From the NCBI RefSeq assembly GCF_902652985.1, contig NC_047029.1:36952001-37016000 (forward strand): DNA of 64,000 bases, read 5' to 3'. This document shows positions 14,147 through 27,320 of this stretch, piece by piece. How positions within the stretch are numbered: position 1 is the stretch's first letter; the number at the start of each line of letters is the position of its first letter. A program made the translations under genes and the position numbers. The stretch is from Pecten maximus. Lineage: Eukaryota. The notes beneath the pieces are model-generated. The model saw only the letters and a list, made by a program, of their open reading frames with translations, made no database searches and was not told the origin of the DNA.

Positions 14147-14765
14147 AACAAGAGGCCCAAGGGCCTTGACGGTCATCTGACTCTAAATTAAAGACCCTTA
14201 TACTATTGTATTATGTATTCTCTGTAGCAAGTATATACAATTTAGTGGGACTGTTGGCCATGGTGGCCATCTTGAATTTCTGACCGACCCAATAAATAAC
14301 AACACTTGGTCAGGACCATCTCAGGATAATTTCTGGTAAGTTAGAGCTAAATCCAACTGTTGAAACTTGAGAAGCTGTTTGAAATAGGTGTTTTTCAGGA
14401 AAACTATGATTGCGCAATCATGTTACAATATGGCCGCCGTGGCTGACATGTCACAGTTTTTACGAGGTCGAAAAATAACAACACTTTGTTGGCTCTCCTT
14501 CCTTAACCACATCACCAATTTCCAGCAATGGCACCAGTGGAACAAGAGAAGAAGTTAAAATGTGTTTTTCAAGATGGCTGCCATGCCGGCCATCTTGGAT
14601 TTCTGGCCGACCCGTAAAATAATAACACTTCGTCAGGGCCATCTCAGGATCATTTCTGGTAAGGTAGATCTGAATCCCACAGGTGGAATTTGAGAAGAAC
14701 TTTAAAATAGATGTTGTTCAGAAAAACCCTGATTGCGCAATCATGTTACAAAATGGCCGCCATTG
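14147..14765 (-). mobile_element. Helentron-like non-autonomous element fragment in the 5' LTR of Gypsy B
   Basis: Terminal palindrome AACAAGAGGCCCAAGGGCCT; internal direct repeat of about 325 bp (GGCCATCTTG.ATTTCTG.CCGACCC at about 14263 and 14588). Confidence 0.6.
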
Positions 14766-17700
14766 GGTTTGGCAAGTCCTAATGAATCCTATAGGGACAG
14801 AGTAGACCCTTATGCTGCTATTCTTAATTCTCTAATTTGGCAAAGCGAGCAGCGCCCCCTGTAGGTGAACCGAGGTTGAGTGAACGGTATGTGACCCCGA
14901 ATAGGCACACTCAAACTCCAAATGTAGGGCCAGCTGTAATTTCGAGTACGCCGGTGCCTTCACAGTTTGATGTTCAGATAAGACATTCTAACCCTATTAG
15001 GGTATCATCAAATACAACAGCTACTACATTATATCAGAGTAGACAGAGTTCAGTTACTATACAGGGACCTGGTACATGTACAGGACAGTCTAGATACCCC
15101 AATGTCCCCAGGCAGCCTTGTGCATTCTCTAGTGGTACTTCACAATCACAGGAGGCCATTCAAGAGTGCAGTCATGATAGGTCACAAGGACAGGCAATAC
15201 AATGGCATACCTGTAAAGTTAGTTGGCAGGAACATGAGTCACAGGGGCTAGGTACATCTACATATAATCCTAACAACTAGTTGGCAAGGAAATGACAATC
15301 TGTCACAGGGACAAGCTAGACAAGTAAATCCCCACAGTGTCCCTATGCGAATTCCAATGGATAATTTGTATAATGTAGGTGGGAATTGGCCCATGGAGCG
15401 CAAGGAAAAGAAACCACAGGCATTTGATGGGAAAGTGAATTTTCGGGATTTTATAATACATTTTGAAAGGGTGGATGTATGGAATCATTGGAACAAATAT
15501 GAGCAGGCTCAACAGCTGATCATGTGTTTTTAGGGGGTCAGCCTTAAAAGTTTTGTCAGACTTGACTCTTAGCCAAGCTAGTGACTATAACATTCTGAAA
15601 GATGCGCTGTTAGAAAGTTTTTCTCCATCTGGTAGGGAATTTGCCTATCAGTTTGAATTCAAGAGTGAAGGAGAGGAGACACTGAGTCTTTAGTAGAACT
15701 TGGCTACAGATTAAGAACTCTGTCATCTTTGGCCTTTCCAAAGTCAATAGGGGAGGAGACGGATCATTGTATAGTGAATCAGTTCATTGAAGGTTGAGAC
15801 ACATATGACTTGAAGAAACATGTACAGTTCAGTCACCCTAAAACAATAGACGAGGCAATCAGTAGTGCTATAGAGTTAGAAGCAATTACAAACAAACAAG
15901 TGTTAAGGAAACCTAGATCTATGTCAGAGGAAGCCAGTCAAGTTCATGCTGTAGGGTCTTCAGAAAATGAAATAGTGAACCCAGATATAGGCACTTTACT
16001 GTTACAGAAAATACCGAAACTCAACAAGAACCTGTCTGCCCCTCCCAGGAACTATACTAAACGACCCATTAGTCAGGTTACCATATCAGAGAGGACGTGT
16101 TACGTTTGTGGGGATAAGGGACATTCGTCCTTTACCTTTCCAAAAGTGGGGAGGAAGGTCAAGGTCATGAAAACTTCTAAGGGCTGGGCTTGAGCCAAAA
16201 AGTACAGCCCCAGAATCTGATAGTGTTGATAAGGTTGGGCCAGTGGCCATGTTAAATGAAATACAACCCAGTGTATATCTTGATGCCTCAGTAGCCAATA
16301 CAAACTCAAAATATTTTATAGATTCAGGTTCATCAGTAACCATAGTTTCCATAGAGGTGTATGACCAGATATCAGTGGAGAGTAAACCTGTGTTAGAGAG
16401 AAGTAACTTAAGGTTAACAACAGCTTCTGGTAACAATTTGAAAGTGTATGGTAAATGCATGTGTAATTTCAGGATGGGGAACAGTAATTTTGCACAGGAA
16501 GTGGTAGTGGCAAAGTTTGTGGGATTTCGTGGAATCATAGGTGTAGACTTTTTGACAAAGCATAAAGGTAAGATAAGCTATGCGGATAAAGTCCTCAGGT
16601 AAGGCCAGCATAAATGTAAATTGCAACCTGCAGTAGCCACTGCTAACACTGGTGCTAGGATACGAGTCAGTGTCACAGTCTCCATTCCTGAAAATACAGT
16701 GTTATTTCCCCCGGATGGTGAGGTAGTACATGAAGAGGGTATACTGGAACCTTTCAAGAATTTTGGATGTCAGGGATTGTTGATGGCCAAAACTCTGGTT
16801 CGACCGAGGAAAGGGAAACAAATAACTTTGTCAGTATTGAACTTGCCGTCTCAACCAGTCAAGTTGTTAGAAAACACACACATAGCTACAGTGGGAAATG
16901 TTCATAGGGTTGAAGAGGCAGATGTAGAGAGTGAGTTACCTGGCCATTTAGAACCAATATTGGAAGGGGTGTCAGATCAGTTGGAAGCTGAGGAAAAGTC
17001 AGAGATCAGGCAGTTACTTATAGAGTATCAAGATATTTCCATGGGGCCTGATGGTAAGTTAGGTCGTACACACCTAGGAGAACACTCGATACATGTCAGG
17101 CAGAGCCAATAAAGATACCAGCACGTCGTATTTCCCATAGTCAGAAACAAGTGGTTGAGGATGAGCTTGATAAGATGCTAAAAAGTGGGGTAATTGAACC
17201 CAGTAACAGCCCTTGGTCTGCTCCCGTTGTTTTGATGACCAAGAAATGCGGTGACCAAAAACGCCTTTCCTCTGCCACTTATTGATGACACATTAGACAT
17301 GCTACATGGGGCAAGGTGGTTCTCAACACTAGACCTAGCAAATGGTTACTGGCAGGTGGGCAGGGATGAGAAAGATAAGGCTAAAACATAATTCTCTACT
17401 AATGCTCTACCGATTTACAGTTGTATCGAAAGCTGGAAGAAGCTGTGATCCTGCAAAAAATAGAGCAGTATTTGAATGGCACCCACCTACAAAAATTTTG
17501 TTTAGGCATGGCGGGGTACTACATACGTTTTATCCCCATTTTTTCTACCATCGCAGGGCCACTGTGATACGTTTCCCCCCTGCATCCCTTAAGGGCCAGT
17601 AATAGCGTGCTGGGGAAGCTATGCGGAGACTGGAAGCTCAGCAGGAGCGGAAAAGGCAGGACGAGGAGGCATTATCTAGGAAAGCCAACTTCTCTATACA

Positions 17701-17859
17701 ACTCCCGGTATATCAGTGCAGGGATAAGGAAGTAAACATTGTTTCGCAGTCAGATGGTAGACTGGCGGGAGAGGTTAGGCTCAGGCACACCAGGAAGAGG
17801 AGGGCAATCGACCTAGGGAGGGATGAAGTGTTCAGCTCCTTTACTAATCAAGCTGGGTT

Positions 17860-18965
17860 TTTTTTTAGCTCACCTGGTCCGAAGGACCAATGCGAGCTTA
17901 TGCAATACCGTAGCGTCCGTCGTCGTCCGTCCGTCGTCCATCCGTTCGTCAACAATTGACTTCTTCTTCATTACCACAGGTCAGAATTCAACCAAATTTG
18001 GTAAGAAGCATCCCTATTGGATGGGGACTCAAAAAAATTGTACAAATTGTGGGTCTGACCCCTCAGGGGTCTGAGGGGTGGGGCCAAATGGGGTCAATAT
18101 AGCTATATTGATATAAACGACTTCTTCTCTGAAACCGAGCAATGGATATTGCTCATATTTGCCTGGTAGCATCACTATGAGGTGGGGATTCACAATTGTA
18201 CAAATGATGGGGCTGACCCCCCAGGGGCCTGAGGGGCGGGGCCAAATGTGGTCAATTGGGCTATATTGATATAAGCGACTTCTTCTCTGAAACCGAACAA
18301 TGGATATTGCTCATATTTGCCTGGTAGAATCACTATGGGGTGGGGATTCATAATGTCCAAATGATGGGGCTGACCCCCCAGCGGCCCTAGAGGCGGGGCC
18401 AAAAGGGATCAATTGGGTTATATTGATATAAACGACTTCTTCTCTGAAACCGAGCAAAGCATATCGCTCATATTTGTCTGGTAGCATCACTATTAGGTGG
18501 GGATTCAAAATTGTACAAATGATGGGGCTGAGCAATGGATATCACTCACATTTGTATGGCAGCATGGTCATGGGGTGGGGATTCAAAATTGTACAAATTT
18601 TGGGATTGACCCCCCAGGGGGCTGCAGCCAAAAGGGGTCAATTTAACTAAATTGATATGAGCAACTTCTCTGAAATCAGCTCATATTTCGGGTCAAAAGG
18701 GGTCAAATGGTTTAAACAACTTCTTTTCTGAAACTAAGCAATGGATATCACTCACACTTGTGTGGTAACATCCCTATGGGGTTGCGCCAAAGTCAATTTC
18801 ATTTCATGGATAAATTCATTTTTTGGCATAAAAACCTCACGTACTCATATAAGACGCCTATGATATATTGACATAGCAATACCAGTGACAAATATGCTAA
18901 ATCAGCATTCTTGTTTCATATTTCATCAATCCAGGTGAGCGATACCTGCCCTCTGGGCCTCTTTT
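17860..18965 (+). mobile_element. Helentron-like (CvA/pearl/DINE-type) non-autonomous element with internal tandem core repeats of about 158 bp
   Basis: T-run insertion site; subterminal inverted repeat GCTCACCTGG...CCAGGTGAGC; (GTCC/GTC)n microsatellite; about 5 core repeats (CTTCTTCTCTGAAAC at 18121, 18279, about 18436); 3' GCCC-TCT-GGGC hairpin. Confidence 0.8.
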
Positions 18966-19391
18966 TTCTGTTCTAATTGTGTGTATTGTCTGCGAAGGAT
19001 GTGATGTGGTTACCCTGTGTAAAATCATGTTTGAAATTAAAATTAAATAGTGAAATAGTGCGCGGTACGTGGCCAGTCCTGGATATATACGGAACGGTAT
19101 GGTAATAAGTGGCACAATAGGCCCGTGCCTTTGTGTCACCCAGTGATGGAAAGTGGGAGCCTGGTGAGGACTTTTACAGTGAAAATGCAACAATAATAAC
19201 TGTAGTATAAACGGTCACAAATATGGCTGACCGTGTCAAAAATAACTATGTGTGTTATGTACATGTTTTCAATATTTTTAGTGTACAGATCGAATGGATA
19301 GTGTTATATAGATTGTGTAGTGTATATTCAAGATAAGCTATACTAGCCAAATGCTTTGTGTTAGTATTTGTCTTTTTTTAGGGGGGAGGTA

Positions 19392-20391
19392 TGTAGCGGG
19401 AATAGGTTTTACTAGTTAAAAAGCTTTAGTTGTGTTAGAATCTATATATACACGGGGTCTCTGGGAGGCTGTTAACGACCCTGTGTTACATTTATATGGG
19501 CTACGTTCGTAATAGTGCTGACATTCTGTCATATTTAATGGTATTTCTTTTCTGTAAGTGACATGTTCACAGGGTCTTATGTTTTACCGGATGTAGACGC
19601 GCTTCTGCTCATTGGTCAATAATTTTATATATATATTTATATTGGTTACGTTTTCTATAGCATTAGGCCAGGATCGAGCATATTAGACTCTGCACGCAAT
19701 TTTCGTTGTAGGGCAACGAAGTATAGATTCAGGCGTTTTGTAATTGTTTGTGAGTCTATAAAAGCCTTTGGCTGGTAGGCTCACTTCTTTTTTTCTCTCT
19801 CCCTCTCTCTTTGTATTTCGTTAGGTAGGAGCGGGGTGGTGACTGTGGGACGGTAAGTGCGTAGGATGTTGTCATGTTAGGTACTATTCTAGCGTGTAGG
19901 TTAGGGTTTATTTACATGTAGTCTGCTGGTAAGGAGCTTGTGTGAGGTTTGTAGCGTTGCATGTTTCTACCTTCGCCTATTTGTATTTAATAAATGTTAC
20001 TTGTATTGTTTGACATGTCTTGAGTTTTACTTAGTACCGGTGTGGTAAGCTGGTATTTCTGACGGTACGGGACGGAACCGCGAGTATTCCCCTGAAACTT
20101 GGTTGCTCAAGGTTGAACGCATCTGACACGACGAAACGGATTAGGTTAGGTTCGGTTTGTTTTGTTTAACGTCCTATTAACAGCCAGGGTCATTTAAGGA
20201 CGTGCCAGATTTTGAAGGTGGAGGAAAGCCGGAGTACCCGGAGAAAAAACCACCGGCCTACGGTAAGTACCTGGCAACTGCCCCAGGTAGGTTTCGAACT
20301 CGCAACCCAGAGTTGGAGGACTAGTGATAAAGTGTCGGCCAACCTTTACCACTCGGCCACCGCGGCCACCCGACGAAACGAAACTGTTACA
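19392..20391 (+). repeat. 3' LTR of Gypsy B (contains a SINE)
   Basis: TG...CA ends; preceded by a polypurine tract; AATAAA at about 19989. Confidence 0.75.
20141..20370 (-). mobile_element. tRNA-derived SINE (central domain resembling Meta/V-type SINEs)
   Basis: Pol III A box TGGCCGAGTGG and B box GTTCGAAACC; core CCGGGTACTCCGGCTTTCCTCC; simple-repeat tail; TSD CGACGAAACG (20129-20138 and 20371-20380). Confidence 0.85.
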
Positions 20392-21926
20392 TATATACAA
20401 AAAAAAAACGAATTATAGACTAACATACTAATCTTTGCTATAAGTAATAGCTGAGGTTTATATTTTTTGTATCTTTATTGATTCCAATGTGCAATACTCG
20501 CATTTTATCAACTCTCTCCGATGGTCTGACGAAATATCCAATATCGTGCTGAAAATCAACATTCAGGACCAACAACTCTTGTACACAATCGACTATAATT
20601 TGTTTATTTGATATCAATCAAATTTGTCCATTATGAGATGTGAATCGACGATACCAAAATGAACAAAGCGGTATCTTTTCAATTAACTTGGCGTCTAGAA
20701 CTTTTCAATGATATTGCTGACATCTAAGAGAGATTGGGAGTATTGAAATACAGAATACCAGTAAAATAAGATAATTTAAACAGCAATGTCGTCCGTCTAG
20801 GAAGATCATTGGTACGTGTATCAAATTGGTCAAAATCACACTTGTTGTTTCATAAAAAATCAATAGATATGAAAATAAACAGTTCCCGTACGCCTATTGG
20901 AGCCCCACCACAGACTCATGGGGTTCAGAATAGTTGCCGATGTTAACAAGTTCTTTTTGGAATGATTAATGGAAGGTTTATTGGCAAATAGACCAGATAT
21001 AAAACTAGGTCACTGTGATCTATTTATTCATCCCATTTTTACAACTTCTTCAACTTACATGGTTGTCAAATCTGACGTTTGGAAAAGCACACCATATGTA
21101 GTTTATCTTAAAGTATCTTTCTCTAAAGTTATGCTATCCCTAATGGGCCAAATTTGTTTACTTTAGTATATGGATTACTCGCAAAAAATGTTTCTACCAC
21201 TAAACTATATCTCAATAGCTTATAACCCCGAAAATGAATACCCCACGCGGATATTTCATGTTAAACAGAACGTTAGTTATCCCATATAATGAGTAACGCC
21301 TGTCAATATATACATTTAGAGATAAGATCAAATCCAGTCCGACATACGAGAGGAGACAGTATCGACCAGCGCTAGGAGGTAAAGGTTTTTTTATCTTTCA
21401 TTTTATAATACATATTATAATCAGACATCGCAATGCTTCACATATTATATGCTTTTACTGTCATCTATTGGTGGAAGTTTTAAATATGCTAATTAACGAA
21501 CTTTGTGTCAAAATATTTTCAAATCCTATAAAATGTACAATGCGTAATTAAAAATTAAGATAATGATGTCAAATAATTTTTATACGAAAAAAGCTTTTAA
21601 AATCTTCTATTAGGAGAATTAGTTAACTTGTTTGCTTGAAAATGGAGACTAATTTCCCGTAAAGTCATCAAAACCATGTGAACATGTCTTCATAATCAAT
21701 ATGTATTTTAAGCATTGTATCGCTGTCTTCCAAATACACATATCTATGTAACCTACCACACTCCACCCCGTCACGACAGAATAGTTGCTCCTCGTGTTAG
21801 TATCAAATCGGCTGTTATCTATCGTCTTATTTTATTAATTTATTTTTTATTTATTTTAGGATAACATCCATACTTTTCGTGAGACAAAAGCTAAAACAGC
21901 AGAATATATCGCAAGTTATATCAAGC

Positions 21927-23999
21927 ATGCAAGAAGCAGGAGAAAATGAAGACATTATTGTATCTGACGGAGAAGTGTCTCGAAGCTTTCAACCGAGATC
22001 CGATAGTAACGAACGAGAGGAGAAGACTGGCTTTATAGACAGGGAACCCCGTAGATCGTCTGATAGGAAAACTTCCTACATGTCCAGATTAAAAACAGAC
22101 TCCGCCTATAAAGAAAACGTTATTGTTAGTCTGGTTTTATGCTGGACCTTTGTCACCTTGGTACGTCGATAAGTGAAACTTATTTTTAAAGAAATTAAAC
22201 TAAATTGCAAGTTTTTAATGTATGTTGTAACTGATGAACAGAACCTTTAAGAAATAATTGCATTATCATATGTACGTGGAGAAGCATAAATTAGGGTCGA
22301 TTTGAATTGATGTTGGTGTCATTAGGAACAAAACAGAAACTTGAACCTGATACATAATTATCTTGAAATGTTCTTTTTCAGGGGTGGGCGTCTGCACAAT
22401 TTGGACCAGCTTTCCTTGACCTTCAAATTATTACAAGGACAAATGTGAAGAAAGCGTCCGGTTTCTTGACCGTTAGATCCGTTGGGTTCCTGGCAGGTTC
22501 AATCTTGACGGGAATTCTTTTTGACAGATATAGCAAGTTACTTTTGGTGTCAATCTTTCCATTGGCGGGTGCAGTGATATCAGCCGTCCTGCCCTGGTGT
22601 TTCTTGTACGAACTCATGATGGCAGTGCACGTTTGTGCCGGCTTCTACCAAGGAGGAATCGGTGCCAGTAAGTTGGCAGTTAGCCAATTTCGACTATATT
22701 ACTATCTACTGACGCTTCCAGGTTACCTTGGTATCAAATTATTATTTTGTCACTTGACTGCAGCCATATTAGCAACACTCAATTTAACTCTAAAGAATAA
22801 TGCAAATTAGTGTAAATGAAAAAACCCACAGTTTTTATAGATGTATGAATCAATACGTCGGGTTGGGTAATGTTGCCGAAATACTCATAAAAATGTAACA
22901 GTTATTGTTTTTAATTTCATCTAACAGGTGGAAACGCTCTTCTCATGTACACTTGGGGGCGAGAAGGGAACTCCTTCATGCAGGCTTTACACTTCTCCTT
23001 CGCCTTTGGTGGTATCATGTCCCCATTGGCGACTTCACCTTTCTCCTGGACACACATGAGGATTCAATTGACACATTTACCACTGATGTCACACCCGTCG
23101 GTCCGTATAGTGACTACAGCATCAACGTGTCTTACTACACAAACACTACTATTATCAATTCTAGTATCTTTGATAATGCTACTGTTTCACTCACTGACGA
23201 CCAAGATAACTCCAGATTGTATATAGCATACTGTTTAACTGCAGCAATGAACATATCCGCTACGATACCGTTGTTCATTATGTATGTAAGATCACGAAAA
23301 CACCAAAAACTTAATTCAATAAAGAAAACAGGCGTTAAACGGATAACGAGGGAGCATACTTTTGGATTCAAAATTCTAATTCTCGTTTGTCTGTGTCTGT
23401 TTATGGCAGTTTACTGCGCCATGGAGGAAACATTCACTGCATATTTTGCATCGTTCTGCGTTACACAGTTGGCCTGGTCAAAGGTCCAAGGATCCTACGT
23501 CACATCGCTGTACTGGGCTGTCTTCGGGCTCGCTCGCTTCTCGGGAATTTGGGTGGCAAAATATGTTTCCCCTACAAAAATCATTTGTGTGTTAACCATT
23601 GTTCTGTGTGTTGATTTAGGAGTGTTGTATGTTTCTTCAAGTTTCTCGATTGATGGAGGTATCTGGGCATGCGCAGTTTTCACGGGAGCATCAATGTCCC
23701 TAATCTATCCATCCTTGATCTTGTTGACAGAAGAAAAACTACTTCCGGTTTCGGGCAAAGTAATGTCCCTCTTTATTATGGCATCGTCAGGTGGTACAAT
23801 AGCCAACCCAATCATTTTAGGATACTTAATGGAAACCTTCACACCTATGTGGTTCACATACCTGTTGTTTGGGGAGAGCGTAGTGTTGATTATTCTATTT
23901 CTCATCCTCTTACTGATAGCGAGGCTGTCGGAATCTAGATTTAGTGTCAGTAAATCGTGTGGCATTGTCAAAGAGGAAACAGCGAACGAACATGTTTAA
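21927..23999 (+). pseudogene. MFSD4/sodium-dependent glucose transporter 1-like MFS gene, copy A (exons 21927-22160, 22382-22667, 22928-23999); 1-bp frameshift at about 23043
   Basis: GT-AG boundaries; motifs FGPAFLDLQ, GILFDR, GNALLMYTWG...FMQALHFSFAFGG and many hydrophobic TM segments; exon 3 is one base shorter than in copy B (TTCTCCTGG vs TTCCTCCTGG), which could be a consensus error. Confidence 0.85.
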
Positions 24000-25704
24000 G
24001 GAAATGAGAGCTTACCGGGGTAAAAACACTTGTGAATGAATACAGATTTGTGCAAGGTAGATCCTTTAAGTGCCTTTTACACCCTTAGATCAGAGAGATG
24101 GTCAGTTATCGTGCCCTCCGTAGGTTCTAATCTCTTTTAATGTATATTGATGCCAAGTTTGGCCAAAATTGGACTTGTTTGGTTTTTGTAAGTTGAGGGA
24201 TGCTGTGTCACCTGTTCCCATATTTGTGACTTCACAGTACACTGAGTTCGTCTGTTTCACTAATTAAAAGTGTCCACGTGTTAAACATGTATGTACAAAT
24301 ATTAACAATCCGATTTTAATAATTGATCTATCAGCTTATAGAAGTAAATAATGCTCTCTTTCTGCACGTTCTCTTAATACAGTAAACGTTATAAATTTCG
24401 CCATTTCCAATCGGCTTTAATATCCTTCAGAATCAACCAATTTTCATTTCCCGCATAGTGTTAAATGTAGAACTTTGGATACGGACGTGTAGCGTTAATC
24501 ACTTTGGTACAATTTTCATGAGAATTACACAACAAAATATAGACCGAAGTTCAGTGATTTACAAAGAATAATTCACAATCAAACTCGACAATATTGTCTT
24601 CGGGAAACAAGATAGAAAACTTCATTTCGGCAAAAGGTCTGAAGAAAATTCTCATTTAGTCGCTTAATTCTCTTAAGCTTGCATGGACAAAAATTACATT
24701 TCTACAGAAAACATTATAACGCTTTAATGACTTGATCAATATAATCCAAATCCTACAAATGTAGCAGATAATCGTGAAAATAGCACATTATTTATGTATT
24801 ATCCATGGACATCCTTCAAGGTGTAAGCACACACGTCTTAATATGCATATATAGAAACAGTGACCAAATTAACCAAATCACCGCAAAGCAAATGCCTCCC
24901 GAAATGGCAGTGTACATCACTGCGCGTGCTACCGATCGCGAGCTGGAGTACATTGTTAACTACATCAATAGTTGACATGCCTCATCAATAATTCATTGAT
25001 GTTAACGTCATGATAGAATATATGATATGGATAAGATAATAACACATATAACGAAGGAAGAATATCTTTTGTTACTATGCATCTAATTATTAGCACAATG
25101 TATCATATGCAATATGTGTTGTTGATCCCAAGGTTAAGATTTCAATTTCATGTTGTAGTTGTATTGAGATGAAGATATGTATGTACAATTCGCATCCGGG
25201 TACATGTGTGTAAATGCATTGCGATCCAGGTATATACACAATCTAATAGACTACTTGTCATTGGCATACTTCGTGTGTCAGCTATTTAATATAATCATGC
25301 TCTCTACACGTGCGCATTACAGGTAACTAAAGTGAGTTCTATTATATAAGATGATAGTCACTATAGAAGGTGCTCGAAGTAGGCCACTAAGATCATGTCA
25401 GGGTATCGGGTCGACCATCACTGCTTCATTGAAACGTTCTTTTTCAGAACGTGGATATGACTGGCTAGGCGATTGGGTGCCGTAAATCGTGAGTCGGCCA
25501 GGACACGAGTCATTAAGTTTTCTTCGTCATTTGTGTTGCTATATATAGATAGTTGTCTTCCTTCGTCAATTGTGTTACTATGCTATATATATAGATTTGA
25601 ATTTCCTGTCGTAGTTGTACTCGATGAACATTTGTAATATGTGTATAATTCGTATCCATGTATGTTAATACATTGCGATCCAAGTATTCATATCATCTTA
25701 TAGA

Positions 25705-25883
25705 TTGGTTTGTTTTGTTTAACGTCCTATTAACAGCCAGGGTCATTTAAGAACGTGCCAGGTTTTGGAGGTGGAGGAAAGCCAGATACCCGGAGAAAAA
25801 CCACTGGACTACGGTCAGTACCTGGCAACAGCCCCACGTAGGTTTCGAACTCGCAACCCAGAGGTGGAGGGCTAGTGAATACG
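25705..25883 (-). mobile_element. 5'-truncated SINE at the duplication junction
   Basis: Same family as 20141-20370; fused directly to LTR sequence at about 25884. Confidence 0.8.
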
Positions 25884-26176
25884 TGTGGGATGGTGCGTAG
25901 GATGTTGTTATGTTAGGTACTATTCTAGCGTGTAGGTTAGGGTTTATTTACATGTAGTCTGCTGGTATTGAGCTTGTGTGAGGGTTGTAGCGTTGTATGT
26001 TTCTGCCTCCGCCTATTTATGTTTAATAAATGTTACTTGTATAGTTTGACATGTCTTGAGTTTTACTTGGTACCGGTGTGGTACGCTTGTATTTCTGACG
26101 GTACGGGACGGAACCGCGAGTATTCCCCTGAAACTTGGTTGCTCAAGGCTGAACGCATCTGACACGACGAAACGAA

Positions 26177-26404
26177 TTAGGTTAGGTTCGGTTTGTTTTG
26201 TTTAAAGTCCTATTAACAGCCAGGGTCATTTAGGACGCGCCAGATTTTGGAGGTGGAGGAAAGCCGGAGTACCCGGAGAAAAACCAACGGCCTACGGTAA
26301 GTACCTGGCAACTGCCCCAGGTAGGTTTCGAACTCGCAACCCAGAGTTGGAGGGCTAGTGATAAAGTGTCGGCCAACCTTTACCACTCGGCCACCGCGGC
26401 CACC
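26177..26404 (-). mobile_element. tRNA-derived SINE (duplicate of 20141-20370)
   Basis: A and B boxes; 12-bp TSD CGACGAAACGAA. Confidence 0.85.
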
Positions 26405-27320
26405 CGACGAAACGAAACTGTTACATATATACAAAAAAAAACGAATTATAGACTAACATACTAATCTTTGCTATAAGTAATAGCTGAGGTTTATATGTTT
26501 ACGTAAACCGAAGTACAGATATAAATACTAATCTTTGCTATACGTAATAGCTGAGGTTTATATTTTTTGTATTTTTATTGATTCCAATGTGCAATACTCG
26601 CATTTTATCAACTCACTCCGATGGTCTGACGAAATATCCAATATCGTGCTGCAAATGAACATTCAGGACCAACAACTCTCTTACACCTGGAGACCTCTAG
26701 AACATTGTTAATATAACCAGTACCACTTGTCAAGTTATGCAAGGTCGACTATAATTTGTTTATTTGATATCAATCAAATTTGTCCATTATGAGATGTGAA
26801 TCGATGATACCAAAATGAACAAAGCGGTATCTTTTCAGTTAACTTGGCTTCTAGGACTTTCAAATGATGATGCTGACATCTAAGATACATTGGGAGTATT
26901 GAAATACAGAATACCAGTAAAATAAAATAATTTAAACAGTAATGTCGTCCGTCTAGGAAGCTCATTGGTGCGTGTATCAAATTAGTCAAAATCACACTTG
27001 TTGTTTCATAAAAAAAATCAATAGATATGAAAACAGTTCCCGTACGCCTATTGGAGCCCCACCACAGACTCATGGGGTTCAGAATAGTTGCCCATGTTTT
27101 TCAGACATTGTTAACAAGTTCTTTTTGGAATGAGTAATGGAAGGTTTATTGGCAAATAGACCAGAAATAAAACTAGGTCACTGTGATCTATTTATTCATC
27201 CCATTTTTACAACTTCTTCAACTTAAATGGTTGTTAAATCTGACATTTGGAAAAGCAGACCATATGTAATTGATCTTAAAGTATCTTTCTCCAAAGTTAT
27301 GCTATCCCTAATGGGCCAAA

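Larger units (their letters stand above)
14121..20391 (+). mobile_element. Decayed Ty3/Gypsy retrotransposon B (5' LTR truncated by a Helentron-like insert; internal pol deletion)
   Basis: Identical LTR starts TGTAGCGGGAATAGGTTTTACTAGTTAA at 14121 and 19392; PPT AGGGGGGAGGTA before 19392; LTR ends TGTTACA at 20391; TATA on both flanks; gag (FDGKVNFRDFIIHFERV; CYVCGDKGH), protease FIDSGSSVTIV, RT start SPWSAPVV. Confidence 0.85.

Noticed and set aside
20290-20370. tRNA genes at SINE heads (also about 26330-26404 and 34450-34533)
   Set aside because: A and B boxes are present but continue into a SINE body, tail and TSD; no full cloverleaf.
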